Shown: positions 25,534 to 33,274 of the stretch, piece by piece
How positions within the stretch are numbered: position 1 is the first letter of the stretch
Layout of the letters: every line of letters begins with the position of its first letter
Assembly: GCA_945873475.1 (NCBI GenBank)
Contig: CAMCDF010000001.1
Span: 1-49,059 of the forward strand
Direction of reading: 5' to 3'
DNA: 49,059 nt
Source: Bifidobacterium breve
Lineage (GTDB): Bacteria; Actinomycetota; Thermoleophilia; Miltoncostaeales; Miltoncostaeaceae
Program-made: the position numbers and the translations under genes
Notes under the pieces: generated by a model
Database searches by the model: none
What the model saw: only the letters and a program-made list of their open reading frames with translations
Told to the model about the DNA's origin: nothing

Positions 25534-26610
25534 CTAGACGACCCCGGCGCCCACTTCGTCGGCCACCCGGTCCGCCTCGAACGACGACCTCACCAGCGGG
25601 CCGGCCTCCACGTGCGCCAGGCCGAGCGACTTCCCAAGCGCCGCGAGCGCCGGGTACTCCGCCGGCGCGTAGAAGCGCTCGACCGGCAGGTGCCCGGGTG
25701 ACGGGCTCAGGTACTGGCCCACGGTGACCACCTCGCACCCGGCGGTGGCCAGGTCGGCGAAGACCCCGGCGACCTCCGGCAGCTCCTCGCCAAGGCCCAC
25801 CATGATTCCGCTCTTCGTGGGCAGCCCCGCCCGCCGCGATCGCTCGAGCAGCTCGAGGGTGCGCTCGTACCGCGCGCCGGGACGCACCCGCCTGTACAGG
25901 CGGGGAACCGTCTCGGTGTTGTGGTTCAGAACGTCGGGCCTGGCCTCGATGACCGTGTCGAGCGCATCCCAGTTGCCGCGGAAGTCGGGGATCAGCACCT
26001 CCACCCGGGCATCCGGCAGGCGATCGCGCAGGGCACGGATGACCGCGGCGAAATGGGCGGCGCCGCCATCCGGCTGGTCGTCGCGGGCCACGGCGGTCAC
26101 CACCACGTAGCGCAGGCCCATGGCCGCGGCGGCATCGGCCAGGCGGGCGGGCTCGCCGGGATCCGGCGGCAGCATCGGCTTGCCGGACGTCACGTCGCAG
26201 AAGCGGCACCCGCGCGTGCAGGTCTCGCCGGCGATCATGAAGGTGGCGGTTCCGCGGGTCCAGCAGCGCTGGATGTTGGGGCACGAGGCCTCCTCGCACA
26301 CCGTCACGAGGCTCTCCTGGCGCATCAGCGACTTCAGCTGCACATAGCCGGGGCCGAACGAGCCCTTCTCCACGACCCACCGTGGCAGCCGGGCGCCATC
26401 CACCAGCTGGCGCAGCTGGTCGGGCGTCACGTCGACGGGATCAAGCGCATCAACGGGCCCGGCGCCCACCAGAACGTCACCGACGATGACATCGGGCACG
26501 GCGCCGCGATCGCGCGCCGCCGAGACGAGGGCGATCAGGTCCTCGTCGGCGACCGCGTCCACGCGGAAGGCGCGCTGCCTGCCGGAGTCCTCACCTGGGT
26601 GCGGCGTCAC
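25534..26610 (-). CDS. lipA: Lipoyl synthase with ~60-aa N-terminal extension
   Basis: 'CEEASCPNIQRCW' auxiliary-cluster motif and 'CTRGCRFCDV' radical-SAM motif. The extension shows coding-type GC3. An alternative GTG at 26430 would give a canonical-length protein. Confidence 0.9.
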   Translation of the reverse strand: MTPHPGEDSGRQRAFRVDAVADEDLIALVSAARDRGAVPDVIVGDVLVGAGPVDALDPVDVTPDQLRQLVDGARLPRWVVEKGSFGPGYVQLKSLMRQESLVTVCEEASCPNIQRCWTRGTATFMIAGETCTRGCRFCDVTSGKPMLPPDPGEPARLADAAAAMGLRYVVVTAVARDDQPDGGAAHFAAVIRALRDRLPDARVEVLIPDFRGNWDALDTVIEARPDVLNHNTETVPRLYRRVRPGARYERTLELLERSRRAGLPTKSGIMVGLGEELPEVAGVFADLATAGCEVVTVGQYLSPSPGHLPVERFYAPAEYPALAALGKSLGLAHVEAGPLVRSSFEADRVADEVGAGVV

Positions 26611-26669
26611 GCCCCTCAGGCTAGCCCAGCGGGCGTGGTCGGGGAGCGCATCGGGTAGCGTCCCCGCCC

Positions 26670-27221
26670 ATGGTCCTGTCCGACCGCACCATCAGGGAGC
26701 AGATCGCCGCGGGGCGACTGGTCATCGACCCCTTCGACGACGCGCTGCTGCAGCCGTCGTCGGTTGACCTGCGCGTGTCCGACGCCTTCCGGGTGTTCCG
26801 CAACAACCGGCAGCCGTTCATCGACCCCAGCCTGCCCGAGGCAGACCTCACCGAGGTCGTCACCATCGCCGAGGGCGAGCCGTTCATCCTCCACCCTGGT
26901 GAGTTCGTGCTGGGATCCACGCTCGAGCGCGTGGGAATCCCCGACGACCTCGTGGCGCGACTCGAGGGCAAGTCCAGCCTGGGCCGCCTGGGGCTGCTCA
27001 TCCACTCGACGGCCGGCTACATCGACCCGGGCTTCGAGGGCCAGATCACGCTCGAGTTCTCGAACGTGGCCAGCCTGCCCATCGCCATCCACGCCGGAAT
27101 GCGCATCGGCCAGATCTCGTTCCTGCAGATGACCACCCCGGTCGACACCCCGTACCAGGGCAAGTACCAGGGACAGTCGGGGCCGACGTCCAGCCGCTCG
27201 CACCGGGACTTCCCCGGCTAG
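26670..27221 (+). CDS. dcd: dCTP deaminase (possibly bifunctional dCTP deaminase/dUTPase)
   Basis: 183 aa. 'LSDRTI...IDPF...LQPSSVDLR' and 'GYIDPGFEGQITLE' motifs. Confidence 0.85.
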   Translation: MVLSDRTIREQIAAGRLVIDPFDDALLQPSSVDLRVSDAFRVFRNNRQPFIDPSLPEADLTEVVTIAEGEPFILHPGEFVLGSTLERVGIPDDLVARLEGKSSLGRLGLLIHSTAGYIDPGFEGQITLEFSNVASLPIAIHAGMRIGQISFLQMTTPVDTPYQGKYQGQSGPTSSRSHRDFPG

Positions 27222-27622
27222 TACCGCCGGCGCAGGCGCTTGGTGCTGTAGCGCCGGTCGGCGGCGAGGCCGCCCACCACGGCCGCCAGCAGCGATCCCA
27301 GGGCGATGAGCAGTGCCGCCCCATCGGTGCCCGGGGCGAACTCGGGGCCGCCCGGGCCGCCGAAGACGGCCACGATTGCCAGCACCAGGCAGATCACGCC
27401 CCACAGCAACCAGCCGAACACCCACGCCGCCGTGGCGTTGAGGGCGCGGTGGTCGAGCGTGCGCACCCCCGACAGGAACCCGCCCACGAGGAAGGCCACG
27501 ACGATCGCGGCCGCGCGCACCCAGAGGGCCGATCCGGACGATGCGGCGAGGCCGATGGTCCCGACCAGGCCACCCCAACCGACCGCCATGGGCTCGAGCC
27601 CTATGAGACCACCCCCCGCCAT
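27218..27622 (-). CDS. Gly/Ala-rich integral membrane protein, unknown function
   Basis: 134 aa with four hydrophobic segments and a basic C-terminal tail. No family recognised. Confidence 0.5.
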   Translation of the reverse strand: MAGGGLIGLEPMAVGWGGLVGTIGLAASSGSALWVRAAAIVVAFLVGGFLSGVRTLDHRALNATAAWVFGWLLWGVICLVLAIVAVFGGPGGPEFAPGTDGAALLIALGSLLAAVVGGLAADRRYSTKRLRRRY

Positions 27623-27661
27623 GTCGCCTGATTACGGGCCCATGCTAACGTCGATCCACGC

Positions 27662-27680
27662 GGATCCCCGCCGGGGATCC
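27662..27680. promoter_or_regulatory. Perfect 9-1-9 palindrome in the tatA 5' region (operator or 5'-UTR hairpin candidate)
   Basis: GGATCCCCG-C-CGGGGATCC, 20 nt upstream of the tatA ATG, just before the AAGAGG Shine-Dalgarno. Confidence 0.3.
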
Positions 27681-27700
27681 CCGACCAAGAGGTAAAACCC

Positions 27701-27928
27701 ATGCCCTTCGGCATCGGCCCGCTCGAACTGATCATCATCCTGGCCATCATCCTGCTGGCCTTCGGAGCCAAGAGGCTGCCGGAGATCGGCAAGAGCCTCG
27801 GCACCGGCATGCGCGAGTTCAAGAAGGGCGTTACCGACGACAAGTCGGCCGACGAGAAGCTGACGGCGACCCAGTCCACGGACGCCGCGCTGCCGCAGAA
27901 GACCGACGAGACCACTCCCGCCGCCTAG
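27701..27928 (+). CDS. tatA: Twin-arginine translocase subunit TatA/E
   Basis: 75 aa. 'GPLELIIILAIILLAFGAKRLPEIGKSLG' is the canonical TatA TM plus amphipathic helix. Confidence 0.85.
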   Translation: MPFGIGPLELIIILAIILLAFGAKRLPEIGKSLGTGMREFKKGVTDDKSADEKLTATQSTDAALPQKTDETTPAA

Positions 27929-27968
27929 CAGCGGGTCCCCCGCCCTGCTCATCCGGGCGGCGTGGCTG

Positions 27969-29264
27969 GTGCCCGTCGAGGGCCCGGTCGTCCGTGACGC
28001 ATGCGTGCTGGTGCGCGACGGCGCCATCGAGGCCATCGGCCGCGAGCGCGACCTGCCGCCGTGTGACGGCGTGCCCGTCACCGACCTCGGCGATGCCATC
28101 CTCATCCCGGGCCTCGTGGACGCCCACTGCCACCTCGAGTGGGGGCTCATGGGAGGGCTGGTGCCCGATGCCCGCTTCGGCGAATGGCTTGGCGCGTTCG
28201 TGCACCGCACCGTGGACGTCACGCCCGTCGACCGCGAGCATGCCGCCCGCTGGGCGGCCATGACGGCCCTGCGCAACGGCACGACCACGCTGGCCGACTC
28301 GGGCCCCAGCGGCTTCGGCGTGAGCGCGGCGGGAGACGCCGGCCTCAGGGCAATCGTGCACATGGAGATCTTCGGGCGCGACACGGGCGCCGACGCCCGG
28401 GAGAAGGTTGTGCGCCACGGCGAGGCGCTGCTGCAGGCGCGCGACCAGGCCGGTTCGCGCGTAAGCGTGGGGGTGTCACCTCACGCGCCCTACACGGTCG
28501 GGCCCGAGCTCTGGAGCGAGGTGCTGGCCGACCCGATCCTCGGCGCGGGTTCGGTGGCGGCCCACATGGCCGAGTCACCCGACGAGGTAATGCTGCTCGA
28601 TGAGGGCGTGGGCCCGCTGGTGGAGGCGATCCACTCCGTGGGTCGCGACCCCGCACGGTGGCCGGGAGGCGGGCCGGGAGTGGTGTCGCGCCTCGAGGCC
28701 GGAGGCGCCCTGACGCCGGGCCTCATCGCCGCGCACTGCGTGCAGGTCGACTCCGACGACGCCGGCATCCTCGCCGAGCACGGCGTGCGCGTGGCCCACT
28801 GCCCGCACTCGAACGTGCGGCTGCAGTGCGGCGACGCCCCGATCGAGTTGCTGCAGGTTCTCGGGGTGCCCGTGGGCCTGGGAACCGACAGCCCCGCGAG
28901 CGCGGGCTCGTACGACCTGCGCGATGAGGCCCGCTGGGCCGCCGAGGCCGCGGCGCGCCGGGGCGCGACCCCCATCGCGGCCGACATGCTGGCCCTGGCC
29001 ACCATCGGGTCGGCCCGGGTCATCGGCATGGACGACCGCATCGGCTCGCTGGTGGCGGGCAAGCGCGCCGACATCGTGGCCATCCGCCCGTTCGACGGGG
29101 CACCCGTGCAGGCCGACCCGTCGCTGGTGGCGCTCGACCCGCGCTCGCGGGTGATCGCATCGTGGATCGACGGCGAGCAGGTATTCGGGCCGGATGGCCC
29201 CAACCGCCTGGACGCCGGTGCCATCGTTGCCGACGCCGACGAGGCCCGGCGCCGGATCATGTAG
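27969..29264 (+). CDS. Amidohydrolase-superfamily deaminase (MTA/SAH / aminofutalosine / guanine deaminase-like)
   Basis: 'LIPGLVDAHCHLEW' HxH metal motif and 'GLGTDS' distal motif. The conserved N-terminal strand 'LLIRAAWLVPV' extends upstream of the first canonical start, so a CTG near 27945 is possible. Confidence 0.75.
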   Translation: MPVEGPVVRDACVLVRDGAIEAIGRERDLPPCDGVPVTDLGDAILIPGLVDAHCHLEWGLMGGLVPDARFGEWLGAFVHRTVDVTPVDREHAARWAAMTALRNGTTTLADSGPSGFGVSAAGDAGLRAIVHMEIFGRDTGADAREKVVRHGEALLQARDQAGSRVSVGVSPHAPYTVGPELWSEVLADPILGAGSVAAHMAESPDEVMLLDEGVGPLVEAIHSVGRDPARWPGGGPGVVSRLEAGGALTPGLIAAHCVQVDSDDAGILAEHGVRVAHCPHSNVRLQCGDAPIELLQVLGVPVGLGTDSPASAGSYDLRDEARWAAEAAARRGATPIAADMLALATIGSARVIGMDDRIGSLVAGKRADIVAIRPFDGAPVQADPSLVALDPRSRVIASWIDGEQVFGPDGPNRLDAGAIVADADEARRRIM

Positions 29265-29273
29265 CGTCGCCGC

Positions 29274-29918
29274 GTGCTTTTCGACGGCAAGCGCCAGAAG
29301 GTGCTCACCAAGGTGGTCGCGATCGTCGCGATCGTCGCGTTCGCGGGCTTCGGCCTCGTGGCCGGCGGCCTCGCGGTGAGCGGCGGCTGCGGAACGGCCG
29401 ACCCGCTGCAGCAGGCCATCGAGGAGGCCCAGGCGCGGTCCACCACCGCCCAGGGCGCCGTCACGTCGGCCCAGAAGGCCGTGAAGGCATCGCCCAAGAG
29501 CGCAGAGGCGAAGGCAGCCCTTGCCCAGGCGCGCACCGACCTCGCCGAGGCGAAGTCAACGCTTGCCCAGGCGCGCGTCGCGGTGAACCCGAACGACCCG
29601 CAGGCGCTGCAGGACGCCCTGGCGGCCACGAGCAGCGCCCCGGACAACGGGGACATCGTGCTCGGGCTGATCACCGTCGCGAGCGCGCAGAACAACCCGG
29701 GGGCAGCCCTGCCCGCGATCGCCGCCTACACGGCCCGCAACCCGCGGGACGCCCAGATGTTCGCCTACTGGGGCCAGACGGCCGAGCAGGCGGGCCAGCG
29801 CAACCAGGCGATCCTCGCCTACCAGCGCTTCCTGCAGCTGGCGCCCGACGACACACTGGCGCCGGACATCAGGAACCGCCTGAAGGACCTCGCCAAGCAG
29901 CCGGCCGCAACGGGCTGA
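29274..29918 (+). CDS. Membrane-anchored helical-repeat (TPR-like) protein
   Basis: 214 aa: N-terminal TM, Ala/Gln-rich coiled segment, and a C-terminal TPR-like 'AYWGQTAEQAGQRNQAILAYQRFLQLAPDD'. Confidence 0.5.
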   Translation: MLFDGKRQKVLTKVVAIVAIVAFAGFGLVAGGLAVSGGCGTADPLQQAIEEAQARSTTAQGAVTSAQKAVKASPKSAEAKAALAQARTDLAEAKSTLAQARVAVNPNDPQALQDALAATSSAPDNGDIVLGLITVASAQNNPGAALPAIAAYTARNPRDAQMFAYWGQTAEQAGQRNQAILAYQRFLQLAPDDTLAPDIRNRLKDLAKQPAATG

Positions 29919-29959
29919 AGCCCTTCCCACGCGCGCGCGCGTGGTGCTAGCGTGCCCGC

Positions 29960-30032
29960 GGGCCGTTAGCTCAGCTGGTAGAGCAGGGGACTCTTAATCC
30001 CAAGGTCGCAGGTTCGATCCCTGCACGGCCCA
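29960..30032 (+). tRNA. tRNA-Lys (anticodon CTT)
   Basis: Cloverleaf folded by hand. Acceptor GGGCCGT/ACGGCCC, D-arm GCTC-AGCTGGTA-GAGC, anticodon loop CT-CTT-AA, T-arm GCAGG-TTCGATC-CCTGC, discriminator A. CCA is not encoded. Confidence 0.9.
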
Positions 30033-30066
30033 TCGTCCGAACAGCAGCCTGGATGTACCGAAGGAG

Positions 30067-30087
30067 CGCCGCCGGAAGGCGGCGTTT
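30067..30087 (+). terminator. Hairpin plus short T-run downstream of tRNA-Lys
   Basis: CGCCGCC-ggaa-GGCGGCG followed by TTT. Confidence 0.45.
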
Positions 30088-30365
30088 CGCGTTCCCGGGG
30101 CGGAACCCCGAAAGGCTCCCGTAACGACATGCGGGGGCGTTTTCCTGCTCGCAGCGGGAAACCACGGGCCCTGAAATGCCCGCTCAGAGCGGTATTGGGT
30201 ATTTGATCCACCCCCCCGGATGGATAGGGTGCCCGTCCCACCCCAGACAGGGTCCGTGATCACCCGGCCGTCCGCCTGCGCGGGCCGCCACCCCGGACCT
30301 CCACCCCGACGGGGAGAACCGTCCTGCTTCAGCGCCTCGCCATCGCGCTCGCCGCATCCGCCCTG

Positions 30366-30866
30366 ATGGGCGGCGTGCTCGCCTCCGGGGCATCGGCCGT
30401 GATGCCGACGGCCATGCCGGGCCAACCTGTATCGGCGGCGCCGGCCGGATCGCCAGCGGGTTCCGCGCCTGCGTCCCGGCCGGTCGGGGCCCCGGTGGTG
30501 TCGAACCCGGCATTCGCGATTCCCGCGGTGCTGCCGCACCGCACCACCGAGGCGTCGGCGTACAGCGCGTGGGATGAGGGCAACTTCTGCCCGGGGCTGC
30601 CGCAGACGCGCATGATGGACCTGACGGTGGGCAGCGACCTGGTGCCCTGCGGCGCCTACGTGCGCGTATGCCTGATGTCGGGCAAGCGGTGCGTGGTGGC
30701 CCGCAGGACCGACTGGGGCCCCGGGCTCACGGCGAAGCGGCGCCTCGACATGAACCTGGGTGTCATCCGCGCGCTCGGCTACCGGTCGCTGTATCACTGG
30801 GGCGCACGGCAGGTGCGCTGGGAGCCCGCGGGCAATCCCGGCCGCACGGTGGCCTCCACGCGGTAA
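30366..30866 (+). CDS. Secreted RlpA-like double-psi beta-barrel (DPBB) protein
   Basis: The C-terminal 'CGAYVRVCLMSGKRCVVARRTDWGPGLTAKRRLDMNLGVIRALG' resembles the RlpA/DPBB core. In-frame upstream codons encode a better signal peptide (LLQRLAIALAASALMGGVLASGASA) behind GGGGAGA, so a CTG start at 30324 is possible. Confidence 0.55.
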   Translation: MGGVLASGASAVMPTAMPGQPVSAAPAGSPAGSAPASRPVGAPVVSNPAFAIPAVLPHRTTEASAYSAWDEGNFCPGLPQTRMMDLTVGSDLVPCGAYVRVCLMSGKRCVVARRTDWGPGLTAKRRLDMNLGVIRALGYRSLYHWGARQVRWEPAGNPGRTVASTR

Positions 30867-30903
30867 AACCAAACCGAACACCGGGAATAAAAGTCTCTAA
30901 ACC

Positions 30904-30933
30904 TTGACTTGTTTTCGGTGTTTCCTCTAGGGT
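30904..30933 (+). promoter_or_regulatory. Sigma-70-type promoter candidate for the sulfite reductase gene
   Basis: TTGACT (30904-30909), 18-nt spacer, TAGGGT (TAnnnT, 30928-30933), within an AT-rich gap. Flanked by inverted arms GAACACCG (30876-83) and CGGTGTTT (30916-23). Confidence 0.4.
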
Positions 30934-30989
30934 CCCGCCTCCGCGCCCACCCGGGCGCGTTCTGACGGCGTACCACGAGGAGACCACGG

Positions 30990-33248
30990 GTGAGCACGAT
31001 CGGCTGGCGCGACCGCCTGGAGGGGCAGATGCCCCCGGACCTGGCGGAGGAGATCGACGTCTTCGAGGCACAGGTCGAGCTGCGCAAGGATGGCCGCGTC
31101 GACGAGCGCGTGTTCGCCGAGACGCGCCTTCGCCGTGGCGTCTACGGACAGCGCTACGACAACGGCCAGCGTCACGACGGCGTGGAGCACCGCAGCCTGG
31201 AGTTCCCCTCCGGAGGCCTGACCAAGGGCCCAGAGACCCTCTGGGACGCACCGGGCATGCTGCGCATCAAGGTGCCGTGGGGCGGCCTGACCCCGCTGCA
31301 GATCGACGTGCTGGCCGAGCTGGCCGAGGAGTACTCGGACCACATCCTGCACATCACCACCCGCCAGGACATCCAGCTGCACTACGTGCACATCGAGGAG
31401 ATGCCCACGGTCATGCGCCGGCTGGCCGCGGTGGGCATGACCACCCGCGAGGCCTGCGGCAACGGCGTGCGCAACCTCACGGCCTGCCCGCTGGCGGGCG
31501 TGTGCCGCACCGAGTCGTTCGACGTGACCCCGCACTCCGAGGCCCTCTTCCGCTTCCTGCTGGGCCACCCCGACTGCCAGGACTTCGGACGCAAGTTCAA
31601 GATCGCCTTCTCGGGCTGCGCCGACGAGGCCTGCGGCCTGGTGATGATGCACGACCTGGGCGCCATCGCCCGCACGGACATCGTCGACGGCGAGCCCGTG
31701 GACTCGTTCGATGTCTACGTGGGTGGCGGCCTCGGCACCACCCCGCACCAGGCGAAGCTGCTTGCCGGGCGCGTGCCGCTGGGTGAGCTGCTGCCGACCG
31801 TGCAGGCGGTGTCGCGCGTGTTCGCGCGCCTGGGCGAGAAGCAGAACCGCAACCGTGCCCGCATAAAGTTCCTGGTCACGCAGGTGGGCATCGAGGAGTT
31901 CAGCCGCCTCGTGCGCGAGGAGCGGGAGATCCTCCCCTACGACGAGCGCTGGACGGCCCACCTGGACGACGGCCTGCCGCCCGAGCACCCCGCGCGCGTG
32001 GTGGACAGCGGCGCCGAGGACGACGACTCGACCGCCGCCTTCCGTGCCTGGCGCGAGGTCAACGTGTACCTGCAGCGCCAGCCCGGCTACGCCGTGGTGA
32101 CGATCCCGCTGCCGCTGGGCGACATCGCGTCGGGCCAGGCCCGCCTGCTGGCCGACGTGGCCCGCCGCTTCGTGGGCGACACCGTGCGCACCACCGTTGA
32201 GCAGAACATCGTGTTCCGCTGGGTGCGCCTGGAGGATCTGCGCGAGCTGCACACGGCGCTGGCAGAGATCGGCATGGCCGACCCCTACGCGGAGACCATC
32301 GTCGATGTGACGTCATGCCCCGGCACCGACACCTGCAAGCTGGGCATCTCGGCATCCCGCGGCCTGGCCGGCGAGCTGCGCGAGCGCCTGGCCGCCCGGT
32401 CGGAGGAGCTCGACGAGGCCATCAAGGGCCTGCGCATCAAGGTGAGCGGGTGCTTCAACTCGTGCGGCCAGCACCACGTGGCCGACATCGGCTTCTTCGG
32501 CAACAGCCGCAAGAGCGCCGGCCGGGTGGTGCCCCACTTCCAGGTGGTGCTGGGCGGCCAGTGGCAGAACAACGCCGGCTCGTACGGCCTGGCCGTGGGC
32601 GCGATCCCCAGCAAGCGCATCCCCGAGGTGGTCGACCGCATCACGGGCCAGTTCGTTGCCGACCGCCTGCCCGGCGAGTCGTTCCTCGACTGGAGCGCGC
32701 GCACGGGCCGCAAGGGCCTTGCCGCGATCATCGAGGACCTCAAGCAGATCCCCGACTACGAGGACGACCCCGGCCTGTTCAGCGACTGGGGCAACCCGCG
32801 CGAGTTCTCGATCGGCGACATCGGCGTGGGTGAGTGCGCCGGCGAGGTCATCTCGTCTACGGACCTCGAGCTGTCGTTCGCCGAGAGCATCGCGTTCGAG
32901 GCGCAGGTGGCGCTGGAGGACGGCGACATCGCCCGAGCAGACGACCGCGCGTACCGGTCGATGGTGACCGCGGCGCGGGCCCTGGTGCGCACCGAGCTTC
33001 CCGACGTGCCGGAGGAGGACGATGTGATCGTGCGCGAGTTCGACGCGCGCTTCGTCGAGACCGGGCGCTTCCAGGACCGCTTCGCGCACGGCAAGTTCGC
33101 CCGTCCGCTGCTCGACCGCCACGCCGGCGGCGGCGCCTCGACCACCGAGGAGCACGCCCGTTCGTTCGTGGAGGAGGCGCAGCTGTTCATCGACGCCGCC
33201 CACCAGTGCCAGATCCGCATGGCCGGCGCGACCTCGGCCACCCAGTAG
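30990..33248 (+). CDS. Ferredoxin-dependent sulfite (or nitrite) reductase hemoprotein with ~170-aa C-terminal extension
   Basis: 752 aa. Siroheme/4Fe-4S motifs 'TSCPGTDTCKLG' and 'SGCFNSCGQHH', with duplicated NIR_SIR architecture. GTG start behind GAGGAG. Confidence 0.85.
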   Translation: MSTIGWRDRLEGQMPPDLAEEIDVFEAQVELRKDGRVDERVFAETRLRRGVYGQRYDNGQRHDGVEHRSLEFPSGGLTKGPETLWDAPGMLRIKVPWGGLTPLQIDVLAELAEEYSDHILHITTRQDIQLHYVHIEEMPTVMRRLAAVGMTTREACGNGVRNLTACPLAGVCRTESFDVTPHSEALFRFLLGHPDCQDFGRKFKIAFSGCADEACGLVMMHDLGAIARTDIVDGEPVDSFDVYVGGGLGTTPHQAKLLAGRVPLGELLPTVQAVSRVFARLGEKQNRNRARIKFLVTQVGIEEFSRLVREEREILPYDERWTAHLDDGLPPEHPARVVDSGAEDDDSTAAFRAWREVNVYLQRQPGYAVVTIPLPLGDIASGQARLLADVARRFVGDTVRTTVEQNIVFRWVRLEDLRELHTALAEIGMADPYAETIVDVTSCPGTDTCKLGISASRGLAGELRERLAARSEELDEAIKGLRIKVSGCFNSCGQHHVADIGFFGNSRKSAGRVVPHFQVVLGGQWQNNAGSYGLAVGAIPSKRIPEVVDRITGQFVADRLPGESFLDWSARTGRKGLAAIIEDLKQIPDYEDDPGLFSDWGNPREFSIGDIGVGECAGEVISSTDLELSFAESIAFEAQVALEDGDIARADDRAYRSMVTAARALVRTELPDVPEEDDVIVREFDARFVETGRFQDRFAHGKFARPLLDRHAGGGASTTEEHARSFVEEAQLFIDAAHQCQIRMAGATSATQ

Positions 33249-33274
33249 GCAGACCGGACCGACAGGAGACAGGA

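Noticed and set aside
30129-30200. A 23-codon basic mini-ORF (MRGRFPARSGKPRALKCPLRAVLGI) in the tRNA-RlpA spacer.
   Set aside because: It has no Shine-Dalgarno, no coding-type GC3 bias and no hydrophobic or other recognisable character. It is most likely fortuitous.
30091-30330. Possible c-di-AMP (ydaO-yuaA) riboswitch upstream of the RlpA-like cell-wall protein, a common association in Actinobacteria.
   Set aside because: I could not find the conserved GAGCGGGGGACCCA, GGGGUGAAUC or CCCGAAxCCGxCAGCUAACCUCGUAAGCG blocks on the sense strand. The only GGGGTGGATC-like match is on the wrong strand. A covariance-model scan (Rfam RF00379) would settle it.
29960-30365. tRNA-Lys as an integration site for a genomic island or prophage.
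   Set aside because: There is no integrase, excisionase or phage gene on either side. I saw no direct repeat of the tRNA 3' half downstream. Flanking genes are ordinary housekeeping genes.
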